Below, one piece after another: positions 48,568-56,784 of a stretch of DNA of 64,000 nucleotides. This DNA is from a virus, in the IMG/VR virus record IMGVR_UViG_3300035661_000043, positions 1 to 64,000 of that record; one strand, 5' to 3'. Position numbers and translations under genes: made by a program. Position 1 is the first letter of the stretch, and each line of letters starts with the position of its first letter. Under the pieces are notes generated by a model. It made no database searches, had not been told where the DNA came from, and saw only the letters and a list, made by a program, of their open reading frames with translations.

Positions 48568-49010
48568 TCAAAGTTGTGTTATAATAAAAGAAAAACAAGT
48601 GATCGGACTTGTTTGGATGGATCTTTTAAAATTTGTTGTCATAACGCTTTAGTGGTTATATTCTGACACAGTGTTACACAGTACAGTCTATGAGTTTTTT
48701 AGGATGTTGACAACAAATTTTAAAAGTTTCATTTAGTACAGCTTTTAATCAAAGTTGTGTTATAATAAACACATGGAAACAAACAAGGTGATAGGGCTTT
48801 GTTTGATGGATCTTTTAAAATTTGTTCTAGTTACGTGCACAATGGGTAGACATGTTGGTAGCTAAACATCAGTGGTGTTTAGAAATACGATTTGGTAACT
48901 AGAACAAATTTTAAAAGTTTCATTTAGTACAGCTTTTAATCAAAGTTGTGTTATAATAAACACATGATCCGATGATAGTGTTGGATCACAAAGGTTCATT
49001 AAAAATTAAG
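48559..49010 (+). repeat. Tandem promoter / boxA-like / hairpin cassettes
   Basis: Three identical promoters spaced 181 and 191 bp apart, with conserved flanks and variable hairpin cores. Confidence 0.85.
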
Positions 49011-49214
49011 AACACTTTAAAAGTATAATTCCTAGTGTTAGAGTGTGGAGATAATCTACCCTAGCACTAGGAGCTATATTGAAGATATTTTTCCTGGGAT
49101 TTTAGCAGACCGATGGTTAGCTATCTCTCGGTTTAAGATATCTTCAATATGGGGGAATGGGACTGCATGGGTGATGTTGAAAGACTCAGATCGGATCATT
49201 ATAGATATTCTCCA

Positions 49215-49434
49215 CACAATTTTGTTGCATCGGACCAAGATCCGGCATGTGACTCCAGAGCAAATGAAACCGAAAGGTTTCCAACGGTTGTAAGTGACGA
49301 TGGGAGGTGATCGGAACTTTCACAATTTTGTTGCATCGGACCAAGATCCGGCATGTGACTCCAGAGCAAATGAAACCGAAAGGTTTCCAACGGTTGTAAG
49401 TGACGATGGGAGGTGATCGGAACTTTCACAATTT
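49215..49434 (+). repeat. Perfect 106-bp tandem duplication
   Basis: 49215-49320 equals 49321-49426. Confidence 0.95.
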
Positions 49435-49532
49435 AATAGCTGCAGATACCTAGCATCTCCCAAGTATGCAGGTGACAATTTAATGCAATGCTGCAACTGT
49501 CAGGAAAGAATCCATATACTGACAATAATTTT

Positions 49533-49608
49533 CTCTCGTTGGCGTAATCTGGTAGCGTTCCTGGTCTGGATCCAGGGGGTCTGAGTTCAAATCTTAGGCG
49601 GGAGACCA
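49533..49608 (+). tRNA. tRNA-Pro(TGG)
   Basis: Cloverleaf, loop TC-TGG-AT, CCA. Confidence 0.8.
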
Positions 49609-49648
49609 CAGTTCATTAACATTATGTTCTTGACTAAGTTTTTAGTAT

Positions 49649-49726
49649 CCGTGATTCGCCTAGTCTGGAATGGCACTCCATCTGGGGTGGAGAATAACGC
49701 AGGTTCGAATCCTGCATCACGGACCA
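49649..49726 (+). tRNA. tRNA-Pro(TGG)
   Basis: Cloverleaf, loop TC-TGG-GG, CCA. Confidence 0.8.
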
Positions 49727-49749
49727 GTTTTTAGAAGAAAGTAGTAAGT

Positions 49750-49837
49750 GGAGGTGCTGAGCATAAGTGAGCTCAACTGACTGTAAATCAGCCGCATCAT
49801 CAATAAGCCTGTGTAGGAGCGTTACCTGCCGCCTCCA
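49750..49837 (+). tRNA. tRNA-Tyr(GTA), atypical, no encoded CCA
   Basis: CT-GTA-AA loop and long variable arm. Confidence 0.65.
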
Positions 49838-49956
49838 CTTACTACTTTCATATTCCCATAATTTGTTAACTTAAAAGGAAGAACATCACGAAACGTGGTA
49901 AATGTAAGTGACACTCAGATGTCTGGGTTGTCACGTTAATTCAAAATATGTGTCAC

Positions 49957-50031
49957 CCCTCTAAAGTGTTACGGCTGCACAGCGGACTCTTACTCCGACA
50001 AGTCTGGATTCGAGTTCCAGTGGAGGGACCA
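49957..50031 (+). tRNA. tRNA-Lys(CTT)
   Basis: CT-CTT-AC loop, CCA. Confidence 0.75.
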
Positions 50032-50035
50032 ATAT

Positions 50036-50111
50036 GGGACTATAGTTTAATGGTTAAAACATCACCCCTTTAAGGTGTAAGCTCTCGGTTCGAATCCGAG
50101 TAGTCCTACCA
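50036..50111 (+). tRNA. tRNA-Lys(TTT)
   Basis: CC-TTT-AA loop, GGTTCGAATCC, CCA. Confidence 0.8.
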
Positions 50112-50240
50112 TTCATATAGTAAGACCATCGACGGGTGCCATACTGCAGATTACAGCAGTCAACATTCGGTGCTCCTGCCAGGGTGCGAAAAGCTGGGTT
50201 GGCAGACTCGGCAAATTATTGATGGTCTTACTATATGAAT
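50111..50240 (+). ncRNA. Unknown structured RNA closed by a perfect 20-bp inverted repeat
   Basis: ATTCATATAGTAAGACCATC / GATGGTCTTACTATATGAAT. Confidence 0.55.
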
Positions 50241-50280
50241 GAATTTTGCCCGGTTAGCTCAAATGTAGAGCAATCGACCA

Positions 50281-50415
50281 GATCCAAAGAATAATTATAA
50301 AGCATTGCAAGATAAAGAAAAGATAAAATCTGTAATCAAACAAAATGAAGTTAATTTGAAGATCGTATTGAATCATCAATTGACTTTATTACATATAAGA
50401 AGCCTCTGTAGTTAA
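50281..50415 (+). pseudogene. Homing endonuclease C-terminal remnant following a tRNA 5' half
   Basis: DPKNNY..DKEKI..V..QN..HQL matches the C-terminus of 51486-52340. Confidence 0.7.
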
Positions 50416-50475
50416 ATGGTATAACGGGCGCTTGATAAGCGCTTATTGTATGTTCAATTCATACCAGAGGTACCA
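50402..50475 (+). tRNA. tRNA-Ile(GAT)
   Basis: TT-GAT-AA loop, CCA. Confidence 0.8.
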
Positions 50476-50483
50476 AGAATAAT

Positions 50484-50555
50484 GGGGTTACCGTATGGGA
50501 CGGACTCGGGGTTTGCAACCTTGATGATGCGGATCGTTACCGCATAACTCCACCA
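50484..50555 (+). tRNA. tRNA-Ala(TGC)
   Basis: G3:U70 pair, TT-TGC-AA loop, CCA. Confidence 0.7.
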
Positions 50556-50667
50556 CAGGATAATAGAAATCCTAGGTATCTATAAGGGCTTGCCCTAGAT
50601 CATGAACACGGGATCCTTTCCACGAGGGTTTAGTGTAATGTCTCCGGCACAATCCACCAATTTTAAT

Positions 50668-50742
50668 GCTGAAGTAGTTTAACTGGAAAAATCGCCCTTT
50701 GGTATGGGGCAGTCATGGGGTCAGTTCCCATCTTCAGCTCCA
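50668..50742 (+). tRNA. tRNA-Thr(GGT)
   Basis: TT-GGT-AT loop, CCA. Confidence 0.75.
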
Positions 50743-50854
50743 ATCCGCCTCCACTTACTACTTTCATATTCCGTTCACTCCCGGATATGGTAAAGGTCTC
50801 TGGCTGTTAACCAGAAGGGAGTGTGGGTATCATTGTATCCTAGACAGTATTTTT

Positions 50855-50930
50855 AGCCTTAAGAGTGAATGAGATTCCTATCTCTATGACATAGAGATGA
50901 TGCGAGGTGCGACTCCTCGTTAGGCCACCA
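50855..50930 (+). tRNA. Degenerate tRNA-Val(GAC)
   Basis: AT-GAC-AT loop, T arm and CCA; mismatched acceptor stem. Confidence 0.45.
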
Positions 50931-50936
50931 GTTTTC

Positions 50937-51007
50937 GGTTCTAAGATTTTACGTAAGCATACCACTTCTTAGAAGTGGAGGAGAGAGATCGTTACTCTCT
51001 AGAACCG
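50937..51007 (+). tRNA. tRNA-like element with loop TCTTAGA (TTA or TAG anticodon)
   Basis: Perfect acceptor, anticodon and T stems; poor D arm; no CCA. Confidence 0.4.
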
Positions 51008-51066
51008 TCCGAAATTCTAGCTGCAGGAGTAATTTCCTGTCTAGACCCGGGAAGTCATGACCCCGG

Positions 51067-51164
51067 GACCTCGTAGTGATGGAATGGTAGACATAGGCTC
51101 GTATAGTGATCCGGTGGAAATAAACGCCACATGCAGGTTTCGAAGTCCTGCCTACAATGAGGTT
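51067..51164 (+). ncRNA. tRNA-Leu-like ncRNA, copy 1
   Basis: D-loop GGAATGGTAGACA, T arm and bulged closing helix; paralogue at 53722. Confidence 0.65.
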
Positions 51165-51194
51165 AAGTAAACATGATGTCATGAGTTTTAAGAT

Positions 51195-51269
51195 GCCTCC
51201 GAGGTGTTGGTGATTACATCTCTGACTTCCACTCAGATGTATCCGGTTTGACTCCGGACGGAGGCTCCA
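51195..51269 (+). tRNA. tRNA-Gly(TCC)
   Basis: CT-TCC-AC loop, U73, CCA. Confidence 0.8.
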
Positions 51270-51283
51270 GTTTTGATTAGTAA

Positions 51284-51359
51284 TGTGTGATAGCTCAGTT
51301 GGTAGAGCAGATGGTTGTTACCCATCAGGTCGAGGGTTCGAAGCCTTCTCACACAGCCA
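51284..51359 (+). tRNA. tRNA-Asn(GTT)
   Basis: TT-GTT-AC loop, G73, CCA. Confidence 0.85.
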
Positions 51360-51410
51360 AATTTTATATGCCCTTATAGCTCAGTTGGAAGAGCAACAAA
51401 AAAAATATAT

Positions 51411-51485
51411 TCTCTTAAAGCATAGATAGCGATGCAGGGGTCTTGTAAACCTCAGAGGAGCGCGCAAGTCGTTCTGGGAGAACCA
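51411..51485 (+). tRNA. tRNA-Thr(TGT)
   Basis: CT-TGT-AA loop, CCA; atypical T loop. Confidence 0.65.
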
Positions 51486-52340
51486 TCACAATAAAGTTTG
51501 TATATATTCCCAACTCAGTTGGTGCTTATTTAAGATATGAACTATGACATTATTTTCTTCCATAACTTTTGAAATTTTTTCTGTGTCTATGGATATTAGA
51601 TAATCGTTTTTAGGATCTAAATACACATCATATTCTACTAGGTAAAAATCTGCAAAGTATTTTTTAGTACCATATCTCAGATAAGATGGTCTAGTCCAAT
51701 TGATATTGTTAGAATCTAATTCGGTTGCGATTTTATATTCATAAGAAGATTCTAACCAGACTTTTCCAGCAAATCTAGATTCATACCAACCCCAGGCTTT
51801 ATTGTTTTTATTTCCACCAAGAGCCGGATTTGATTTTGCTGTTTCTGATAATCTTTTGAGATAACATTCCTTTGAACAAGTTTTTCTGTCTCCTGGGAAG
51901 CATTTATTGCAAACACAACACCAAGAAACATAAGTAAATTTTAATTTTTCTCTATTAGTTTTTGTTTCATTGTGTTTTGTTTTTATTTTTTGTAGTTTTG
52001 GTCCGATAAAAGCAGGTCTATTACATTTTTCTCTTTTTCTATTTGTATAAGAAGCAGCACATGAATGAGAACAATATTTGTTATTTCTTGCCTTCATTGA
52101 TTTAGGTTTTCCACATTCACATAGATTCGGATTTGAATTATATTCGGCTATGCGTGCGGCTGCTTTTGCCTTTTGTGTAATGTGATTCTATTTGCTAGCT
52201 TTGCCTGCTTTAATCTTCTAAAGTTTTCCAGCTTCAGTGTGCGCTGCGATAAAATGAGAAAAGATACCTTTGGAAGATTTGATTTCTCTACATTCTAAAC
52301 AGGAGACTAGAGGAGATAGATATTTGTCTTCGACTGTCAT
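51486..52340 (-). CDS. PD-(D/E)XK (TnsA-like) homing endonuclease with Zn-binding motifs; 2 TAG
   Basis: YCSHSC and ESSYE..W.RP..YFADFYL..LDPK motifs; 285 codons. Confidence 0.75.
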
Positions 52341-52620
52341 AGTTGTTACCTTAATAAATAAAAATGATATGGGACAGCTTGGTTGTTACCTTACTGGGTT
52401 GAATGATACGCCAATATCATTCTAACCATATCTATGTATACAAATTAGTTCTTGAGGGTCCGGGATTCGAATTCTCGTGAGGGCACCAAGTTTTGATTAG
52501 TAATGTCTTTAGCGAGAGAGTCTAGTAGACACAGATTGTTCTTCGGTGTTATACGAGATGATCTTGTCACTCAATAGTAGGAGAACATGAGGAGTGGCCT
52601 ACTAATCAGATTTATTTTAT

Positions 52621-52696
52621 TGCGGCGTGGAGAAGTAGTATCTCATCAGTCTCATAAGCTGAAGGTCGTCTGTGCGATTCAGACCGTTCGCAACCA
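52621..52696 (+). tRNA. tRNA-Met(CAT), initiator-like
   Basis: CT-CAT-AA loop; ends CGCAACCA. Confidence 0.7.
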
Positions 52697-52966
52697 CTTT
52701 ATTTTGTATTACTTCGAATGCTGTTTCTGGAGTGTAAGATCTATCTTCAAAGATGAGAACTTCCAAACCAACTGCTTCGAATTCATTTATTTCAATTCTA
52801 TCTCGGTTTTGTACTTGCAACAGAGAGTGTTGTTAATCGACTCAATGAGGCTTTACTCTGCCCGAAGAATATCAGTGAGTTTATCTCAGTGCTACACGTC
52901 TTTCAACAGTGAAAATCTTTTCAATCTTTTCAATCATTCCTTAGCTCAGGAACAATTAATTTTAAT

Positions 52967-53040
52967 GCTGCGTAGTCCGAAAAGTGAGGGCGCGACTTGA
53001 TAAGGCGCTGGCAGATGGGGCAGTACCATCACGCAGCACC
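52967..53040 (+). tRNA. tRNA-Ile(GAT), atypical
   Basis: Acceptor GCTGCGT/ACGCAGC and TT-GAT-AA loop. Confidence 0.5.
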
Positions 53041-53209
53041 CATTTTCAATAGGAAGTATGAGGATCATTACCTCGTAATAGGTGTAACTATACTTTGTAT
53101 TTCCACCGTAGACTTGGTGTCCCGGAACTGCGCGCGCCGGAAGACGGTTCGATTCCGTCGTTAAAAGGTTTATGTTAGGTTCGATTCCTAACCGGTGGCC
53201 TACTTATTA

Positions 53210-53575
53210 TGTGCGATATCTCTATCGCACATCAGAATGACTGTATGGATCTTCGGATCTGTGAAGTTGAAAGAAATGTGTTCAGGAAGCGAGTTCGAGT
53301 CTCGCCAGCTCCACCAGAAGTATATCATCTGATGCATTCTGTGTGCTGTATATATTGCAAGTATTCAGTATACTTCTGATGGGGCTGTATTGGTTTCGAC
53401 TGGGCAATGAGTATGGAGATGGACAGTTTGGCAACGCAGAAGCCATTATGATTGGGTCTTCCCGGTTGAAGAAGCAAACAAAAGTAAAAGCAAACGCTGA
53501 TACATTCCTGATGGCGGCTTGATCGCCCAGTGAGGATTCCTTGGGTGTTCCTTATTACCAAAACACCCATCCTAA
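53210..53575 (+). ncRNA. ssrA: Circularly permuted (two-piece) tmRNA
   Basis: T arm and CAGCTCCACCA (ending 53316) precede GGGGCTGTATTGGTTTCGAC (53381); tag ANADTFLMAA-TGA at 53490-53522; outer ends approximate. Confidence 0.9.
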
Positions 53576-53580
53576 TATAC

Positions 53581-53668
53581 GGAGAGTGGACCTGCAGGGT
53601 GCAGGCGCTGTTTGCTAAACAGTTGGTGTCAGGAATGGCATTCCGGTCGGGACGGACTCTCTCCTCCA
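53581..53668 (+). tRNA. tRNA-Ser(GCT)
   Basis: GGAGAG acceptor, TT-GCT-AA loop, long variable arm, U73, CCA. Confidence 0.75.
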
Positions 53669-53721
53669 AAATTCTTTCTAAGAGCTGATCCCTCTTAGTT
53701 AGACAGGAGTTATAACTCCTG

Positions 53722-53825
53722 GGCCCGTAGTGATGGAATGGTAGACATAAGCCCACGTGGGCTGGTGGGATAAACCCCGGGGTTTAAACCCCACGTACAG
53801 GTTCGAGTCCTGTCTACAATGGGCC
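53722..53825 (+). ncRNA. tRNA-Leu-like ncRNA, copy 2
   Basis: Same architecture as 51067, with compensatory changes. Confidence 0.65.
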
Positions 53826-53835
53826 AAATAATTAT

Positions 53836-53910
53836 AGATTCTAGGGTGTGATAGCAGCACGATTCCCTCATAAGGAATAGGACTCCGAGCGTAACGGATA
53901 GAATCTACCA
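53836..53910 (+). tRNA. tRNA-Met/Ile(CAT), atypical
   Basis: ATTCC-CTCATAA-GGAAT arm, CCA. Confidence 0.55.
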
Positions 53911-53929
53911 AATGACAGACTTCTTTGGT

Positions 53930-54004
53930 GTGATGTTAGCTTAACAGTAAAGTCCGAGAATGTGACTCTCGTGGATATGGATGCGACTTCCATACATCAC
54001 CCCA
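53930..54004 (+). tRNA. tRNA-His(GTG)
   Basis: AT-GTG-AC loop, C73, CCA. Confidence 0.75.
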
Positions 54005-54632
54005 AAGAAGTTTTAATGCTCCGGCTCCTCTGTCAATTTTTCAATGATGAAAGTTCATCATGACTACTACCAAAGAAACCCAAGACAACGCATCATTTGT
54101 ACAGATGGCAATGATGTGAAAAGTAAATGGAAAGCTTTTATTCATTCCTGTGATATAATACATTCATGGAAACGAACGATGACTGGAAACGCGAATTCTT
54201 CTACTATCGTCAATTTCGAGTTTGGGTTGGTGAAAGATAGTGAAGGCAACCAAATTGGTGATACTGAATACTTTCCAACAAAACTCTCACAGTGACCTGG
54301 AAAGAGGAAGTTGTTAACTATACTTCCTCTTCATAGTAAGCAGAAGGTGGATCTATGTACAGTAGCACGCACTTGACATTCTTATTTTTAATGAGTAAAT
54401 CATGATCATCAAAGCTAATGTTTCTGTGTGTGATATCACAGATAGGAACTACGGTAAGTATATCGAAGGTGCTGCAGCTATTGCCGTGGTGCAACCGGTC
54501 GCTGGTGTGCTGTACTCTGGTTTGGTCCTGAGTATATTGCAGAGAATGATTTGAAGATCACCTCTCGTGAAGAAGCAGTTAAGAAGATTGAAGCACTGGG
54601 AGATCAGGTAGATTCTTAAAGAAAGATAAATT

Positions 54633-54896
54633 GCAAATTTAGCTCAATGGTTAGAGCAGCGGACTCATGAAAAATTGTGCACCTAGGTAGGGATGCTTAG
54701 TGTGAATGTTGTCAAATTCGAAGAAACCTAAGTCAGAAATGATATGGTAACCTCGAGCCAAGCCTGAGAAATTAGGTGCTGTGTAGAGACTAGACGGCAA
54801 CCATCTAGAACAGATGAAGGTATAGTCCAGGGAGTGGCGAAAGTCACACAAACCAGAATCCGTTGGTTACAGGTTCGAGTCCTGTAATTTGCACCA
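54633..54896 (+). tRNA. tRNA(CAT) (Ile2/Met) interrupted by a group I intron
   Basis: Exons 54633-54668 and 54857-54896 join into a perfect cloverleaf (GCGGA-CTCAT^AA-TCCGT). Confidence 0.9.
54669..54856 (+). mobile_element. Group I intron (IC3, Azoarcus type), 188 nt, no ORF
   Basis: P/Q/R/S elements AAATTCG..AAACC, CGAGCCAAG, GTAGAGACTAGACGG and GGTATAGTCC; terminal G. Confidence 0.93.
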
Positions 54897-54940
54897 AGAA
54901 TTAATGCGAGGTTGGTATAGATAGATGGTAACCTCTTAAA

Positions 54941-55015
54941 CGCACCGTGGCTGAAATGTTAGGCAGTGGATTGCAAATCCACTTTATGAGATCTCAGAAT
55001 TCTCCGGTGTGTCCA
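54941..55015 (+). tRNA. tRNA-Cys(GCA)
   Basis: TT-GCA-AA loop, U73, CCA; atypical T arm. Confidence 0.7.
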
Positions 55016-55134
55016 TATTTTTCAGTAAGTGACTAAGAAATAATCTATCTCTGATGTTCGTATAATGAGCTGTTTCTCTTAGTTAGAAGATAAGAGAATA
55101 TTGAACAACCCATTGTATTTGTTCTTAAAAATTC

Positions 55135-55209
55135 GGGTCTGTGGTGAAACGGAAATCATAAGAATCTTCTAAATTCCTGTTCCAAGTTCGATTCTTGGCA
55201 GACCCACCA
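55135..55209 (+). tRNA. tRNA-Arg(TCT)
   Basis: CT-TCT-AA loop, CCA. Confidence 0.85.
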
Positions 55210-55307
55210 TTTAATATTGGAAGTAGCTCAATTGGTAGATCACAGACTCGAGTATGAAGATGAGACGGATCGCCGTAGTAAATGGGCTATCCAATTGACC
55301 GTTTAAT

Positions 55308-55382
55308 ATACCCTTAAGATAATGGCAGTCGTCAGGTCTCCAAAACCTTGAAGTCGCGGTTCGAGTCCGTGGGGTTATGCCA
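55308..55382 (+). tRNA. tRNA-Trp(CCA)
   Basis: CT-CCA-AA loop, G73, CCA. Confidence 0.75.
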
Positions 55383-55666
55383 TAATATAATACAACTATA
55401 GTTTAGTTTGGAGATGTAACTTACATCTCGTCTCCGGATAGCTGCTCCATGTTCGAATCTCTCTAGGTGTTCCGATATTCGGTGATTGATCCCAGTCATC
55501 GCTGGGCATACACTGGAAATGTATCGGTCTGTATGAAACTGGATTCGTGTCGGTAACGACTATCTCCTCCATCTTAAAGCCCCGATGCTGAAAGATATTT
55601 GAACTTTTATTCAGTCCGGTGATATAATTCATCCACACCACAACAAAACACTGAAAGAGGTAGTAT

Positions 55667-56122
55667 ATGAAGAATGGTGAATTATTGTCAAAGGCTATCA
55701 TTATTGCGACAAACGCACATGCTGGACAATTTGATAGGGGTGGTACTCCATATATCCTGCACCCACTGCGAGTGATGTCATACTTGGAGGATGCAGACGA
55801 GGAACTCCAGTGTATTGCAGTTTTACACGATGTAGTAGAGGACACCTCTGTTACTTGGAAAGATCTTATCGAAGCAGGTATGACTCAACGAATCATCAGT
55901 GCTCTAAGATTGCTGACAAAGCTTTCCGGTCAGACACCGGATGAATACAAAGCAGGAGTTCTTTCTTCTGTGGATGCGATGAAGGTGAAAATGTGCGACT
56001 TGCGTCACAATTCTGATGTCCGCAGGTTGAAAGGCGTCTCTGAAAAAGACATAGCAAGAACTGCAAAGTATCACATGTTCTATATGGAAATCAAATCTGT
56101 TTTAGAACAAAGCAGAATTTGA
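55667..56122 (+). CDS. HD-domain (p)ppGpp hydrolase-like protein (SpoT-HD/SAH family)
   Basis: AHAGQ..PYILHPLRV, LHDVVEDT and VKMCDLRHN motifs. Confidence 0.88.
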   Translation: MKNGELLSKAIIIATNAHAGQFDRGGTPYILHPLRVMSYLEDADEELQCIAVLHDVVEDTSVTWKDLIEAGMTQRIISALRLLTKLSGQTPDEYKAGVLSSVDAMKVKMCDLRHNSDVRRLKGVSEKDIARTAKYHMFYMEIKSVLEQSRI

Positions 56123-56242
56123 CATGAAGGAAAATTGAACATTACTCTCACTTTAGCTGAACTCTAGTTTAGTGTAGTCGAGTCTTCTGTTTGTGATGTA
56201 GAATATTCACCGGATCTGATCCGTGCTACTGCCCAAGATAAT

Positions 56243-56319
56243 CCGCCGTTAGCGCAATTGGTAGGAGGCAACTGGCTTAAGACCAGTACAGTGTGGGTTC
56301 GAATCCTCACGGCGGACCA
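56243..56319 (+). tRNA. tRNA-Leu(TAA) with short variable loop
   Basis: ACTGG-CTTAAGA-CCAGT arm, CCA. Confidence 0.8.
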
Positions 56320-56339
56320 TGTATTATGAAAGAGTGAAA

Positions 56340-56699
56340 ATGAAAGACATCCTAGGTCGCGAAGTTCATGTTGGTAATTATATTGCCTATGCTCAGGTTG
56401 CCGGTAGATCTGCTAATATGGCAATTTACAATGTCATCGCCATTGTCGGTGATTACCATGGTACTATCAAGGCGACGAAACTAGTAGAGAGCTATGGAGA
56501 TTATGCTCCATCTCGAATGTGTACTCTCACATCTGGAAAGGTAATTCCATGGCGATATGCGACACACACGAAAGATGTATGGAAACTTATTGAAATGACT
56601 CCAGAAGAAAAAGATGCAGTAGATAACAAGACATTCACTCTGAAGATCGGAGAGAGAATCATTATCCTCGATAATTTTACTCCAGATGTAGTAAAATAA
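56340..56699 (+). CDS. Hypothetical protein
   Basis: MKDILGREVHVG N-terminus common in phage proteins. Confidence 0.6.
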   Translation: MKDILGREVHVGNYIAYAQVAGRSANMAIYNVIAIVGDYHGTIKATKLVESYGDYAPSRMCTLTSGKVIPWRYATHTKDVWKLIEMTPEEKDAVDNKTFTLKIGERIIILDNFTPDVVK

Positions 56700-56784
56700 T
56701 ACACAGACCGAGAAGTCTTGGTACTAGTCATCGGTGATGCATCATCATACTTATATCCGATTGAAATGTTCTTAATTCAGTAAT

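Noticed and set aside
48559-49434. CRISPR array
   Set aside because: Units are 106-191 bp, the longer ones contain promoters and long stems, there are only 2-3 copies, and no cas genes are present.
49045-55845. ORF-track entries overlapping RNA genes (e.g. 49045, 50949, 52587, 53325, 53699, 54651) and the 5' part of 57518
   Set aside because: They overlie tRNA, tmRNA, intron or repeat sequence and lack an RBS or protein motifs; the real gene after the CUA tRNA probably starts at 57623.
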